Positions 41,086 through 52,344 of a stretch of DNA of 64,000 nucleotides are shown here, one piece after another. Every line of letters begins with the position of its first letter. Positions within the stretch are counted from its first letter, which is position 1. Under the pieces are notes generated by a model. The model saw only the letters and a program-made list of their open reading frames with translations. It did not search any database and was not told the origin of the DNA. The position numbers and the translations under genes are program-made. Source of the DNA: Lobosporangium transversale (lineage: Eukaryota); the NCBI RefSeq assembly GCF_002105155.1, contig NW_019029000.1, positions 496,001 through 560,000 on the forward strand. Direction: 5' to 3'.

Positions 41086-42171
41086 TTATGGATGAAAGTT
41101 ATTAAAGAAACGCGACCTACACTGTGTTTCATTTCGAGTTCCAAGCCTCTCTGCCACCTTCCGCCAATTGATTAAAGGAGGCTTTTCAAGCCTTTTATAG
41201 TCTTCGCTGCTCCCTATAGGCCCCGTTTGCTCAACAATAGCCTCCTTCAGTGCATCCTTCTCTTCCGTAGACCAAGCTCCGATCTTCCGAGTCCTTTGGC
41301 TGCTGAGGAGATTCCATCGTCGTTGACAACTGGTCGACGTCCGTAATAAACGCTTATTATCGATCATTGTGTTGGCCACCTTTGCCCAAGCGATCCTTCC
41401 TCCTTCTTCTTTAAACATCTTGACTCTTTCTCTGAGCAATTGATCCTCCAAAGGGGTCCATTGACTTGAAGCAGAATTGAAATACTTGAAAAGAGTATTA
41501 TTTTTTTTTAGATCTTTCATATGAAGGCGGCTATCCTCGCTACTTTTATGGCCATCGCTTTCCTTGTTACTGCTTCCACTGCCGCTTCCGCTTTGACTTT
41601 GACTTTCACTTTTAATACTAATGTCATTCTGCTTCATATACTCTGCCTTTGCTCTCGTACGATGATGTGACAGCCTGCAAAGGATTGCATCAGTGGTTCT
41701 ATCAGGAAAATATCCGTAACATTCTGATAACTTCCTGCTCTCTTTTAATAGTTTCATTACCAGCTCGTCTTCCGTCTTTGTCCATGGATATCTTGTTCTC
41801 TCAAATCGACTGTAATTTCCACGTTTATATGATCTGTGTGCCAACACTGGTGTTTCCATATCTTTTGAATGCAATGATGATGATGATGATGATGAGGGGA
41901 TAGTAGCAGCAACGGCAGCAGCGGCATCAGTAGTAACAGTAGTTGCAGTTGGCTGGGTAGTAGTAGCATCAGAGGCAGTAACAGCTGATTGATGAAGGTG
42001 CCTGATCAAGAAAACATTGTTGACATCATTCCGCTTCAATAGGATGGAGCGAGAGAGGAGTCTGGAGTAAGAGGCTAAATTGACATGTGATCCAATCAAA
42101 AGTTGGGATGAATTTTTTAGAGTATTCCTGGAGAGTCCTTGAAGCCAATGTAAACGTGTAAGAAGCATCAT
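41086..42171 (-). CDS. Myb/SANT-repeat protein, paralogue C (3 repeats); start set at MMLLTR
   Basis: Repeats WTKTED, WTPLED...CQRRW and WSTEEK...WRKVA...RNETQCRSRF; N-terminus aligns with A and B. Confidence 0.85.
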   Translation of the reverse strand: MMLLTRLHWLQGLSRNTLKNSSQLLIGSHVNLASYSRLLSRSILLKRNDVNNVFLIRHLHQSAVTASDATTTQPTATTVTTDAAAAVAATIPSSSSSSSLHSKDMETPVLAHRSYKRGNYSRFERTRYPWTKTEDELVMKLLKESRKLSECYGYFPDRTTDAILCRLSHHRTRAKAEYMKQNDISIKSESQSQSGSGSGSSNKESDGHKSSEDSRLHMKDLKKNNTLFKYFNSASSQWTPLEDQLLRERVKMFKEEGGRIAWAKVANTMIDNKRLLRTSTSCQRRWNLLSSQRTRKIGAWSTEEKDALKEAIVEQTGPIGSSEDYKRLEKPPLINWRKVAERLGTRNETQCRSRFFNNFHP

Positions 42172-42353
42172 TCCTTTTTTACGTATTTGGTAAAAAGACG
42201 CGGGAAGGAAACAAATAAAAGAAGAGAAGAATCTGATAATAAAAGTTTCTCCACGCACGTGCATGCTCAATACCTTCAAATTTGTTTTTTTTTATTGCCA
42301 TTTATAAATTTTTTTTCTTCTATTCTTGTGTTCTGATGTTCCTTATTTTTTTA

Positions 42354-45300
42354 TTATAAAATTCCATTCGAATAATATTGGAATGTATCATATAGTCGCG
42401 TAAACACATTGCAACAACTGCTCATGATCAACTTTTCTACAAACTCTTCCGCCTGCACTTCTGTCAAATTCAAGACCAGGCGGTCTCGAACTGCCTGTGC
42501 TGCATTGTCACCATACTGGAAACAAGGTAGTTTAGAATCTTTGGACATCATATCAATTAAAAGCACAATGTTTTCTGTATGCTTTCGAATCGCCATGAAT
42601 GCTTTCTTCAGTAAGACTTTGAACTCTGCAAACTTTTCACTGTTGACGCCTCCAAGTACATCCAAATATTCCTGTGGTAACTTGAACGGTGCCAACTCAA
42701 AGCCCACAGATCCTGGAGAATTCGAGAGCATAAAGCCGAAATCAATATGAATGATGTGTCCTTCTGTGTCTAGCAAGATATTGCCATTGTGGCGATCCCT
42801 GATCTGAAGAACATAGGTGATTACAGAATATGCCGCCAACGATCGCATGAAATTATCCTGAGCCTTAATATATCTCTCACTCGCTGGGTCGCCGAATTTC
42901 TAACAATGCATTGACACATAATATTATTAAAAAACACAAAAAAAAAAAAAGTAGTTGGTCGTAAGTGATCAATCTCCATGCCTCAAAGCTCATAGATCAT
43001 AAGAGGAAAACAAACAATAGGTCCTATACCTGTCGGAAGTAGTCATAGAGTGTAAACACGACCCCAACTTCATTCAGCCTGCGAGCGTATGCGTCCTTTT
43101 TGATCGAGTGAATAGAGATAGTGTTGCGAACCGTCTCAATCAAGCCAGAGTTGTCCGAGGTCACGAGAATGCGCATACTGCCGCAAGGTAAAAAGTAGTA
43201 AAGAAAAGTACTATTCGTAACGCGAAACCTCTTGTTTACAGCATTCTTAATGATAAAAGCGTTAAATGAAAAAAAAAAAAACTTACTATGTAATCCAGAC
43301 ATCCACTTTGGCACGTTCCCAGATCCAGCCCATTTCACGAATCAACTGACATGCCAATTGCTCCTGTCGCAGATCTGCGCCTTGTTTCACAATCACAGAC
43401 AATAGTTGCCACGAAGGCAAATGGCCGTACGGAGAATTCGCGCGAATACGATTCATTTTAGTTTCCCAGTCTTCAGCAAAGACAGCCGCTATTGAATCAT
43501 ATAGATTGGTGTTAGACATTTTCGCTCAGAAAAACCTTTGTATCAGTATGAATGATACTAGTTGATGCTGCCTTACCGCTCGGATCATCAGAGGTGACGT
43601 TCGCCATAATTTTGCGCTCATCCTCCAGCATCTCGCTTCCAGCACCTTCCCCACCTCCCCCTCCAACACCACTACTGACGCCCTCAAGTTTCATCCTTTG
43701 CATCCTTTGTTCCTCCAATGCCATCATTTCTTTGATTATTTTCGCACGAATGTCTTCCACAGAAGTAGCTTTAGCTTTGATACTCGACCGTGATTGTGAA
43801 TTACTCCTTGAAGTGCCATTTGGGCCTGCACCAGGCTGTTGTGCTGCCTGTTGTTGACTCAGTTGAGCCAACATCACAGCAGCAGTCCTCATCTTTTCTG
43901 CAAAGTCGTCGGCACTGTTGGATGCTCGCCGCCTCAAGACTGTTTGGAGGTAAGCTTCGTTTGATCGCGAGTGGGTTACTGGACGACCAGAACCTGCTGA
44001 TGGAGCAGGACTCTTCATCCTTCCAGTAGAATCGGTGGATATTATAGGGCTGCTTGGTACCGGCGACCCAGGTGGGGAGATAGCCAGATCTGCAAGTGAT
44101 CCCACAGGCGGTCGTGATACCGCTTCCGCAGTCGGCTGCCCATTTGTAGTGCTAGATGAGGTTGTAGCTTCTTCCACTGTTGGCCCAAAACTGTCTTTAT
44201 TTGCTCCCTCACTGCTTTCATTTGTGGGGATTGCATCCTCGAGTTTAATAGCCCCATCCTCGCTAATTTCTACTTCCTTTGTACGAGCCTTCTCCTCCTG
44301 GGGATCAACGCCTTCATCCTCAGACTCATGAAGATCTCTACGTTGGGCTCGAATCTCTTCCACACTCATATCAGTCTCCAAAATCTCTACTTGTAGCAGA
44401 TATGGCACCTAAACCATTAGAGAAGTAATTGTATATTAGCAGCTTTTTTTTTACTATTTTCTAAAAACTTTCTTTTTAATTTCTGATCTCCAAAGAAGAT
44501 TCCAGTCTCCATGATACTTACGCGGTCAGCAGAATTCAGAACAACAGCATCCTGAGGTGGTATACGGACAACGCGGTGATGTGATGGTTTTTCGACTGTG
44601 GCCTTGCACCAAAGAGGAATGCAAATCTCAGCCGGTAAGTTGTGGTTCAACAATGTGAGTTCTGCCCGAAGGGCGCTTAAACGCGCTGGTTTAGGCACGA
44701 TCACAAGTCTGGTTGCAATATCAACTAATGCCAATAAGAACTGCATTTCTGAGTGAAAGTATGAGCGCCGTGCCAATTCCAGAGATGCCGCTGAAGATCG
44801 TCCATCAATTGAATCATGATCAGAGAATTTCAGACTGACAGGTGAAGAAGGAGCTGTGTCGTGGCTATGGCGTGGGCTCGAGAATCGATCACGTCGCAGT
44901 CTGAATGCTTGACCCCCTCGGAGGTCTTCAAGTGATGGCGAGGAAACAAAATGGTTGCGCTGAATGCTCTGTGCAGTAATGTTCATTCCTGGGACTGAAG
45001 CATGAGGGGATCCAGGCTCTCCTGTTGCTGATTTAGGTGAAATAGCTACATCAGCATCGTTCTTGACAACGTGGCCTCCAGCGGGCGTGGACCGGCCACG
45101 TTCGTGTGAAGCCACATTGTTAGTGGGATTAGTTGGTTGTTGAGACTCTGTCTGATTCCCTGGTTGATGTTGCTGTAATTGTTGCGGTTGAACTTGACTA
45201 TCCCCTGCGCCATTGTCATCAACGGTATCGGATACACTGAACGCTCTTGGTCGTCGTCCTTGAGCCAAAGCCAATTGACCAGGACTCTTGGTCATCAGAG

Positions 45301-46271
45301 GCTGACCGAATGCTGCCAACATGACGCCCATACCCACCATGGCAGAAAACGCATTCTCTTTGACTTTGGAGATGCTGTTCTTGCCATAAACATCTTCGTA
45401 CTCTTCTGATGTTTCGGTTGCAAAGACAATTGCCTGACACTTGTTGAAGACACGTTTACACAATTTGAACGATGGTGTATTGGGTGATGCTGCAAGATCT
45501 GACGTGTAAGCTTGGAGGTACCATAGCGTCTATCGGTAAGATGCATGTGTAGTGAATGAGGAAGTTGAAGGATCAGTAAGCATACTGCTATCCAAGAACA
45601 ATGAAAAATCTCCATTGATGTAGTCGACAGATCAAATCCATGACAATGCATCCTTTGATAATTCGATCTAACTTCAGTAAAAGAGTCCTCGAAGAAAGAT
45701 GATGAAGCGTATACAATACGCCAAAGTTACGTGTATTCAGGTGCTATTATTTAGATCGCAATAGGATCAAAGATCAAGCTTAAGTGATCCTATCTCTCCG
45801 GTCTTTCTCTTTATACGATCAACGGGAGCGTGATTTCTATTTTTTTGTTCCGCTGAATATATCTCTGCGTTTTGCATGTCTGCAATATGTTTTTTTTTTT
45901 TTTTTTGCTCTTACAAGGATGGCCATGTGAGAAGATATCTGACATCTATCCAGAATGAAATTTTCCAGCGCGACTGACTCTGATGGCCGGCTGATCAACA
46001 GATGACTGACAAGCAATAAAAAGATGGAGAGCGATCAGTTTTTTTTTGTTCTTCTTCAGGGCAAAGGTACCAACAAAAAAGAATAATCTTACACCAATTG
46101 TGGTAGGAAAAACTCGACTTCCTCCAAAGGAAACCTTTTGAGCTCATTACAGAGGTAATGTTGTATACCAACTGCATCTGGGTATTTATAAAGGTACGAC
46201 ACAGCAATCCAAGCATTAAAGAACTCCGACTTGAACAACCGGAGTAACAACGAATTGCCTGAATTCATCAT
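42354..46271 (-). CDS. PIK1: Phosphatidylinositol 4-kinase (type III beta), multi-exon
   Basis: N-terminal LLLRLFKSEFF...EVEFFLPQL; kinase motifs VIVKQGADLRQEQLA, QIRDRHNGNIL and HIDFGF; C-terminus YDTFQYYSNGIL. Confidence 0.95.
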
Positions 46272-47359
46272 CTTGAGTGAAATATTAAGCGAAGGGAAAA
46301 AAGAAGGATGAAATGCTGACCAACTTGACAAAGTAAAATAAAATATGATAAAATTAAAAATAAGAATTGAAGTGCCCTGTGTTACGTTTTTTTTTTTTTT
46401 TTTGCTTCTGCAAGAAACGCAAGAAGGAAAAAAAAAAAAAAAAAAAAAAAAGAGAGAGAGAACGAGAGCCGTCTTTTCTTGTTTAGATGATGAATTTAGA
46501 AGTGACAAGAGGGAAAGTAATGAACATAAAAGCTGGTTTAACTTTTTAGTGTGATTGTTTGACACATGGAACGTTCCCAGAAGGAACAGACGTGAGATGA
46601 AGATGAAAAGAAGACTGTGTGTAGGAGAAAGAAAAGAGAGATCTACTCATGTTCAAATAACCCATTTTAATGACACGTTTCTTCCCCCAGCAGAAAAATA
46701 TAAAAAAAAAAAGCCAAATCGGCACTCAACAGCCCAGCCAGACATCATTGGAGTCTTCTTTGCAACACTCGACGCGCACATGCCCATTATTCATTGCATG
46801 TTCCTTTAAATCTCATCGGAGAAGAAAAATAAAATTGTTTATTTTATTGTTTTCCTGTTCGGAAGTGAGCCAAACTGAAAAGTTCTATTCAGCGTAATGG
46901 GAAGCCATGGGAATGGTTCACGAGAGAGAGAAAAAAAAAAAAAAAAAAAAAAAGAACGTGTCAGGACAGTAAGAAGCCAAAATCTCAATCATTAAAAAAA
47001 ACAAAGACGCTGGAATTCAATGTTTTGTTGGGGTCAGTAGACAGAATAACGCTGAGCTGGTGATCAAGCAACTAAGCAGCGATGCGTTTCTTTGAATTTT
47101 TTTAAACATTCATCAAGCGCAATTACTACTTTATCCCCATGTTAATCATTTAAGCATGATGTCTAAAGATGAAAGCCCATGAAACTCATTGGGGTGCTGT
47201 GGCGAGAGGCATGCCACATGTCACATCTTTGGAAACCCACTTAAAATGTAGTCAGGACTTGATGTGCAGCACAACACAGATATCAATGATGTAATCAATA
47301 AATTAGCAGCCACTTTCAATATGTTACTCGTCCTGCAAATAAATCTTTACACCAATCCT

Positions 47360-49003
47360 GATTTTTACATCTTTGACGGACAATCCACGGCATTCTCTCA
47401 TCAGAAGACACTATCGGCGATCTAAGAAAAGTAATCAAGAAGAAAAAAGAAATCGACTTCCGAGAGATTGCTGCCGACAAATTGAATCTCTTCCATGTCT
47501 CCATCATAATCGCTGACGATGAGGACGAAAAAACTATCACACTTTCAGAACACCCAGATGCAAAAAAGCTTCGTGCAACAAGCGAGCTCTCCAAAGTCTT
47601 TGGCGCCCCAGCAAAGAAAACCATCCATGTCATTGTTCAGTGACCACCAACTGAAACATCAGCATCCGATATGCACATCACATTTATCAGTTGTGATTGA
47701 ACTTATTTCTCGTTATCATTTAAGCTCTTTGCTCGTTGCAAGCGACATTCTCACACGACTGTTTTTTTTTTTTTTTTTTTTTTTTTTTTTGAAGACTCAG
47801 TAGAATTGACACAACTGCGAAGGCAACTTCCAGAACTTCGTGCTTCTTCAGCTTGTAAGTAAGGATGAGTTGATTACATTATACCAAATATCGCTATTGC
47901 TCTCGTGTTTCACTCTATATTATGAATGATTTTTCAACCCTTTGGAATTAGAGTAAAGCCTGATGAAGAGGCTATGTTCACGTGGACCGTTGATGACATT
48001 AAAACAATTACTCTTGATGATTTTAGGAAGTTTCTTGAAGCTCGGGTCTCGAAGATCCTCCAAAACCAATTACAGAAATCTTTGCCTACACTGGGCAGCA
48101 TGATGCTCCAACGTCTATCAAAGATGATCATAGATTACGTAATGTGCTCCATGTCTGCAAGGTGCACTCCAAGCGTATACTGACGATATCTTTGGAAAGT
48201 CCTAGGAAAAGCTTCTCCGAATGGAAGTTTGCCGACGTCTGTCATAAATATGATCTTTCTATTAACCCAGATCCAGATCTTCCACTGCTATTACCAGTGC
48301 TCCTATTCGAACTGAAACTTTGTCAATTGATATTTATTATTTTAATCTGAAACATCATAATTGACAGAGTTTCAGTTCGAATAGAAGCACTGGCTATTAC
48401 TAGAATTTGCCGAAATTGAAACAGCGCCATTGGATACAGCTGAACGCGTGCAAGCTTTTGAATCGCTTGTGAAGGAAGTTGAAGATAGAGCGCAAACACT
48501 CCTACTGGTCGGCTCAAATGAATCAACAAGGTCTCTGATCGTTGCGTCCTTTCTTGTATGCGCTACGAAGCTGTTCAAGTCAGACATGTACCTTGCGTGC
48601 GAAAAAAAATCTGGTCGGACGCCGAGGAAGTGCGCCAGTCGACTATTCTGTACATACAAGATTGAATATGGATTTTGTTCTCAATGTTACCGAGGTGAAG
48701 GAGGAAGACTTTAAACAAGGAGTAGGTAAGAACATTGTGCAACTCGATTCGATATTATCAGGAAAGAAACGAAAGAGGGCCTATGTTGATAATGTTGAGC
48801 CTCAAAGTCTGAAGTCATATGGCATTGTTACAGATGCTAAAGAGTGATGGTTCCTTGAATGTACGATGAATGCTGAAGAACAGGTATCTTTCAGGATGTC
48901 AAAGCTCGAGGAGGAATTGAACTTCGGCGGTAAATGGCAGAAAGATGCAAAGGTTGTCTTCCAAAAGCTTATTTGGCTGTTTTCCCAACAGATTCCATCA
49001 TAA
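47360..49003 (+). pseudogene. Crinkler (CRN) family pseudogene: ubiquitin-like CRN N-terminus plus PD-(D/E)xK-type C-terminal domain
   Basis: DTIGDLRKVIKKKK...AADKLNLFHVS...KKTIHVIVQ*PP carries LFLAK-like and HVLV-like motifs, with TGA at 47641. The C-terminus reads PVDYSV...VTEVKEEDFKQGVGKNIVQL...YGIVTDAKE*WFLEC, with stops and frameshifts. Confidence 0.85.
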
Positions 49004-49269
49004 GACAGAAAAAAGGATAACCTTAATCTCAGCAAGAGAGTTAAGGCTTTTGAACTAAGTGCTTTGGGTTCCACCTCATCTCCGAGTGCTTTGGCCTCAA
49101 CCTCATCCAAGTGTCCCAACTAGAAAAGTTTAGTTTGTCAACACTTAAAAATAATGGCAATATACTGTGCTGTGCGCTGAAATCCTTTGTTGGTGTAAAA
49201 AGAGGTGTAGGTGTAAAAAAGTGATGCATCTATTTTTATTTTGGAGCATGATTGACACGTAAAAAACAA

Positions 49270-49661
49270 TCTTCTTATATATCTTCTTATATATTAAAAC
49301 GAAACGGTGTCTGCGCGTGCCGAAATGTGGCTGCCATGAAGGCAAATTGGCTGCTATAAAGAGTGGCTTTGGCCCCAACATGGCTCCCTGGGTGGAAATA
49401 AAGAGGTATCTTATATGTAAATGAAAAGGGAAAATAAAGCATTGCAAATCTCGACACTAAAAAATTTTTGCTGGGGCTATTGATGCACTCTCTGAGTGCG
49501 GTACACCACACACGTTATTAAAGGTCATGTCAACAATGTACGATGCGAGTGTATATATTATGAGTCTGAACTCTTAGCATACTTTACCACTCTACACCTT
49601 CTTCTATCACATTCCTTGCTTTCACACACTTTACCTTCACATACCTTTCACTTTTCATTTG

Positions 49662-49695
<34 letters not shown>

Positions 49696-51820
49696 TATGT
49701 TCCATACATTCATCTGTCAGACCTTCGCCACCTGCCAAACGTTCTCGCACATCGAGCACACTACGGGTCATCAAAGCACGACAAGCTCGATGAGACGTGA
49801 GTTTTGAAGAGAGCTTGCGAGGAGGAGAACAGGCGGATGAAACTGAAAAGGAGGAGGAATATGGCTGGGCTTATAGGCCTATCGGCTCTGCCCTGCTTGC
49901 ATTGCTTGAACAGGAGATAGAAAAAGAGGAAGAAAGGAAAAATGAGAAAGAAAGGCTTAAGATTGCGGCCGAACTTCGATGTAGTGCTTGCTTGACGCAG
50001 GTTGCTCTCAGCAAGAATGTATTTGTCTTATTCTAAAGATAGCCAAGCTCAAGTCCTTGGTCTAACGGCACTCACTCCACCGAGTTGATCTCCAGCAGCC
50101 GTCCTGCATACCCCCACATGAACAACTGTTCGCTCTCTTTCAGCCCCATAATCCCCCTCACAAAAAAGGGACAAGAAACTTACGTACCATACTGAGGCAT
50201 TGTCTATAATAGAGGTAGCTAGAAAGCCAAGTAATGATCATAAAAGAATACCTCTAACACTGCAAAAGTAATGCTGGAAAGCCTATCTAAAACTATGGAA
50301 ATGATAATTTACATTACATAGTTCTTCTGCCAGTGTAACAGTCAAATTCAAGCATTTTCGCTTGCATACCCGCCAAAGCTAAAATGCTTAACTTTATTTT
50401 TATTATTGCATTAGGTGAGGAGAATGTCGGTTTATTCCAGGCGAAGGGACTACATATAATTCACGTTTATCCACTGTTCTCTACTTTTGCCACAATTACG
50501 TTTACTTTTTTTGGATCTTATTATCTATATTAGTTAAAGATCCCTCTCAATGCTACGCCTCATGGCCTGTAGCCTGTACAGCAGCGTCGGACATAGCAAG
50601 AGACTATGCCCTCAGAACGTAAGGAGTGTGGTAAGGCCTTTTTATATTTATGTTTTTGGAATATATTAATATTAATTATATTTTCTCAACTGATAGAGAC
50701 AGAACGAGTTTTCCCAATCGCATCGTTCCTCCTTCCATTCCGCGTCTGTGTGTGGGTGCAGTCGTCCAGGCCATGTGCGCAGCTCATACCCAAATAATGA
50801 AGCGTAAGTAATTTCGGTATTTAACAATCGTAGAGAACTTTTTTTTTTTTTTTTTTTTTTTTGACATGGTAGCTTATATACCTTCTATAACTTGAATAGC
50901 GCTACCAGGAACCATGAGTAGAATGTTGGGTCAATTCGAAGGCAAAGACTCCCTATTTTATATGCAAATGATTTTCATTAGTTTTTGATATTCTTTTTTT
51001 AACCTTCCATCATTATTACTTACACGCAAGGCAAGCACCGTCAACCAGCCTCCTACAGTGTATAAATGCAGTATCTGCAGTTGTCTAGGGGTAGTCGTAG
51101 ACCATGCCCAAGTAATAAAGGGTGAGTTTGATTTTCAACGGTTTGATTTTTTTCGTCTCATCAGTAGACCATTAATCCTTAGTTTTTTTCTTTTTTACTG
51201 CTTTAATAGCGTTGTTAGTAACTCAGTGCAAAATGACGCTAGGCCTGTGTGCACACGAAGTGTTGTTTTTGAAGATGATGAAGATGAAAATGAAAGACCC
51301 GTGCAAAGACAAAGATGTGCTACTTTTGTTCGTTTTATTGGCTTATTACATTATGCATTTTGCGTCCTTAATCTTACACTATTACCATTTACTACTGACC
51401 TTCAGAATACACGAGCGTAAAGGTGATCCTTCTGTTGAGGATGATCCTTCTACCGAAGATAATTCCTTTGCCGAAGACAACTTTCTACCACCCGCTAGAA
51501 AAAGGTTCCAGCAAGAGGTCCCAATATTATGTATTATATGTACCGCTTAGAGCCAATGGTCAGTTGCCCTTATTGCAGTGCCTTCATGTTTATTGAAGAG
51601 TGTGTGTACAACGCAGTAGTATAAGCTGACCCGAATTTCCTTTGTGTTGTGGGGAGGTCAAGTGAATATTGCTCCGCTCGACCTTGATTTAACTTCTTGA
51701 TGGCCAGGGCGGCAAGGTAAGTTATTCCGTAAACACATATAAGCATATAACTGCGCTCTTTCGTTCACGTCCATGGAAGTGAATCTTGATAAAGACCTTG
51801 CAAACAACCTTATGGAGTGT
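49270..51820 (+). mobile_element. Decayed, 3'-truncated Helitron (5' terminus plus N-terminal part of RepHel)
   Basis: Candidate A|TC 5' end TCTTCTTATATA-TCTTCTTATATA-TTAAAAC at 49270. Relic motifs PMVSCPYCSAFMFIEE (~51553-51600) and LFRKHI*AYNCALSFTSMEVNLDKDLANN (51722-51808) match the Helitron consensus CxxCxA...FxxxIRxYNxxxxFTSxG. No 3' hairpin/CTAG end identified. Confidence 0.8.
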
Positions 51821-52051
51821 AACGGTTATTTGTTGATAAGTGAGCATTACGGATATTTGCTTTCATAAGAAAATGTAAAGCAACTTGGAGTTGCACTTCG
51901 ATGCTGCTTTGTGTCAGTTTTATATCCAAGTTAAAATCAGATATTCATTCCCAAGGCAGTCAACAAAAGCGTTTCATATTATTGATTGGCAATAACAATA
52001 TATTTAACATAATAATGATTGATAGGAGAAAGCTACAGTTACAGAGTATTC

Positions 52052-52311
52052 TTATTCCTGACCATCATCGGACAACGATAGCTCTGCCTTCCTTTTCCTA
52101 GGTGAAAAGATGATCCTTGGAGCAACGAGGCCTTGTGGGGGGACGACGACATCATCGTCACTATCGGCCAGGAAGGCCTCAAACCCTTCTCCAGCAACAC
52201 TCGACAATTGCTGTTGGACCTGGATGCTATAGCGGCGCATATGGTCCTACAATTTTGACAAACACAGTATATGTGGACTGTTGAATAGCAGTGCATATAT
52301 TTATATACATC

Positions 52312-52344
<33 letters not shown>

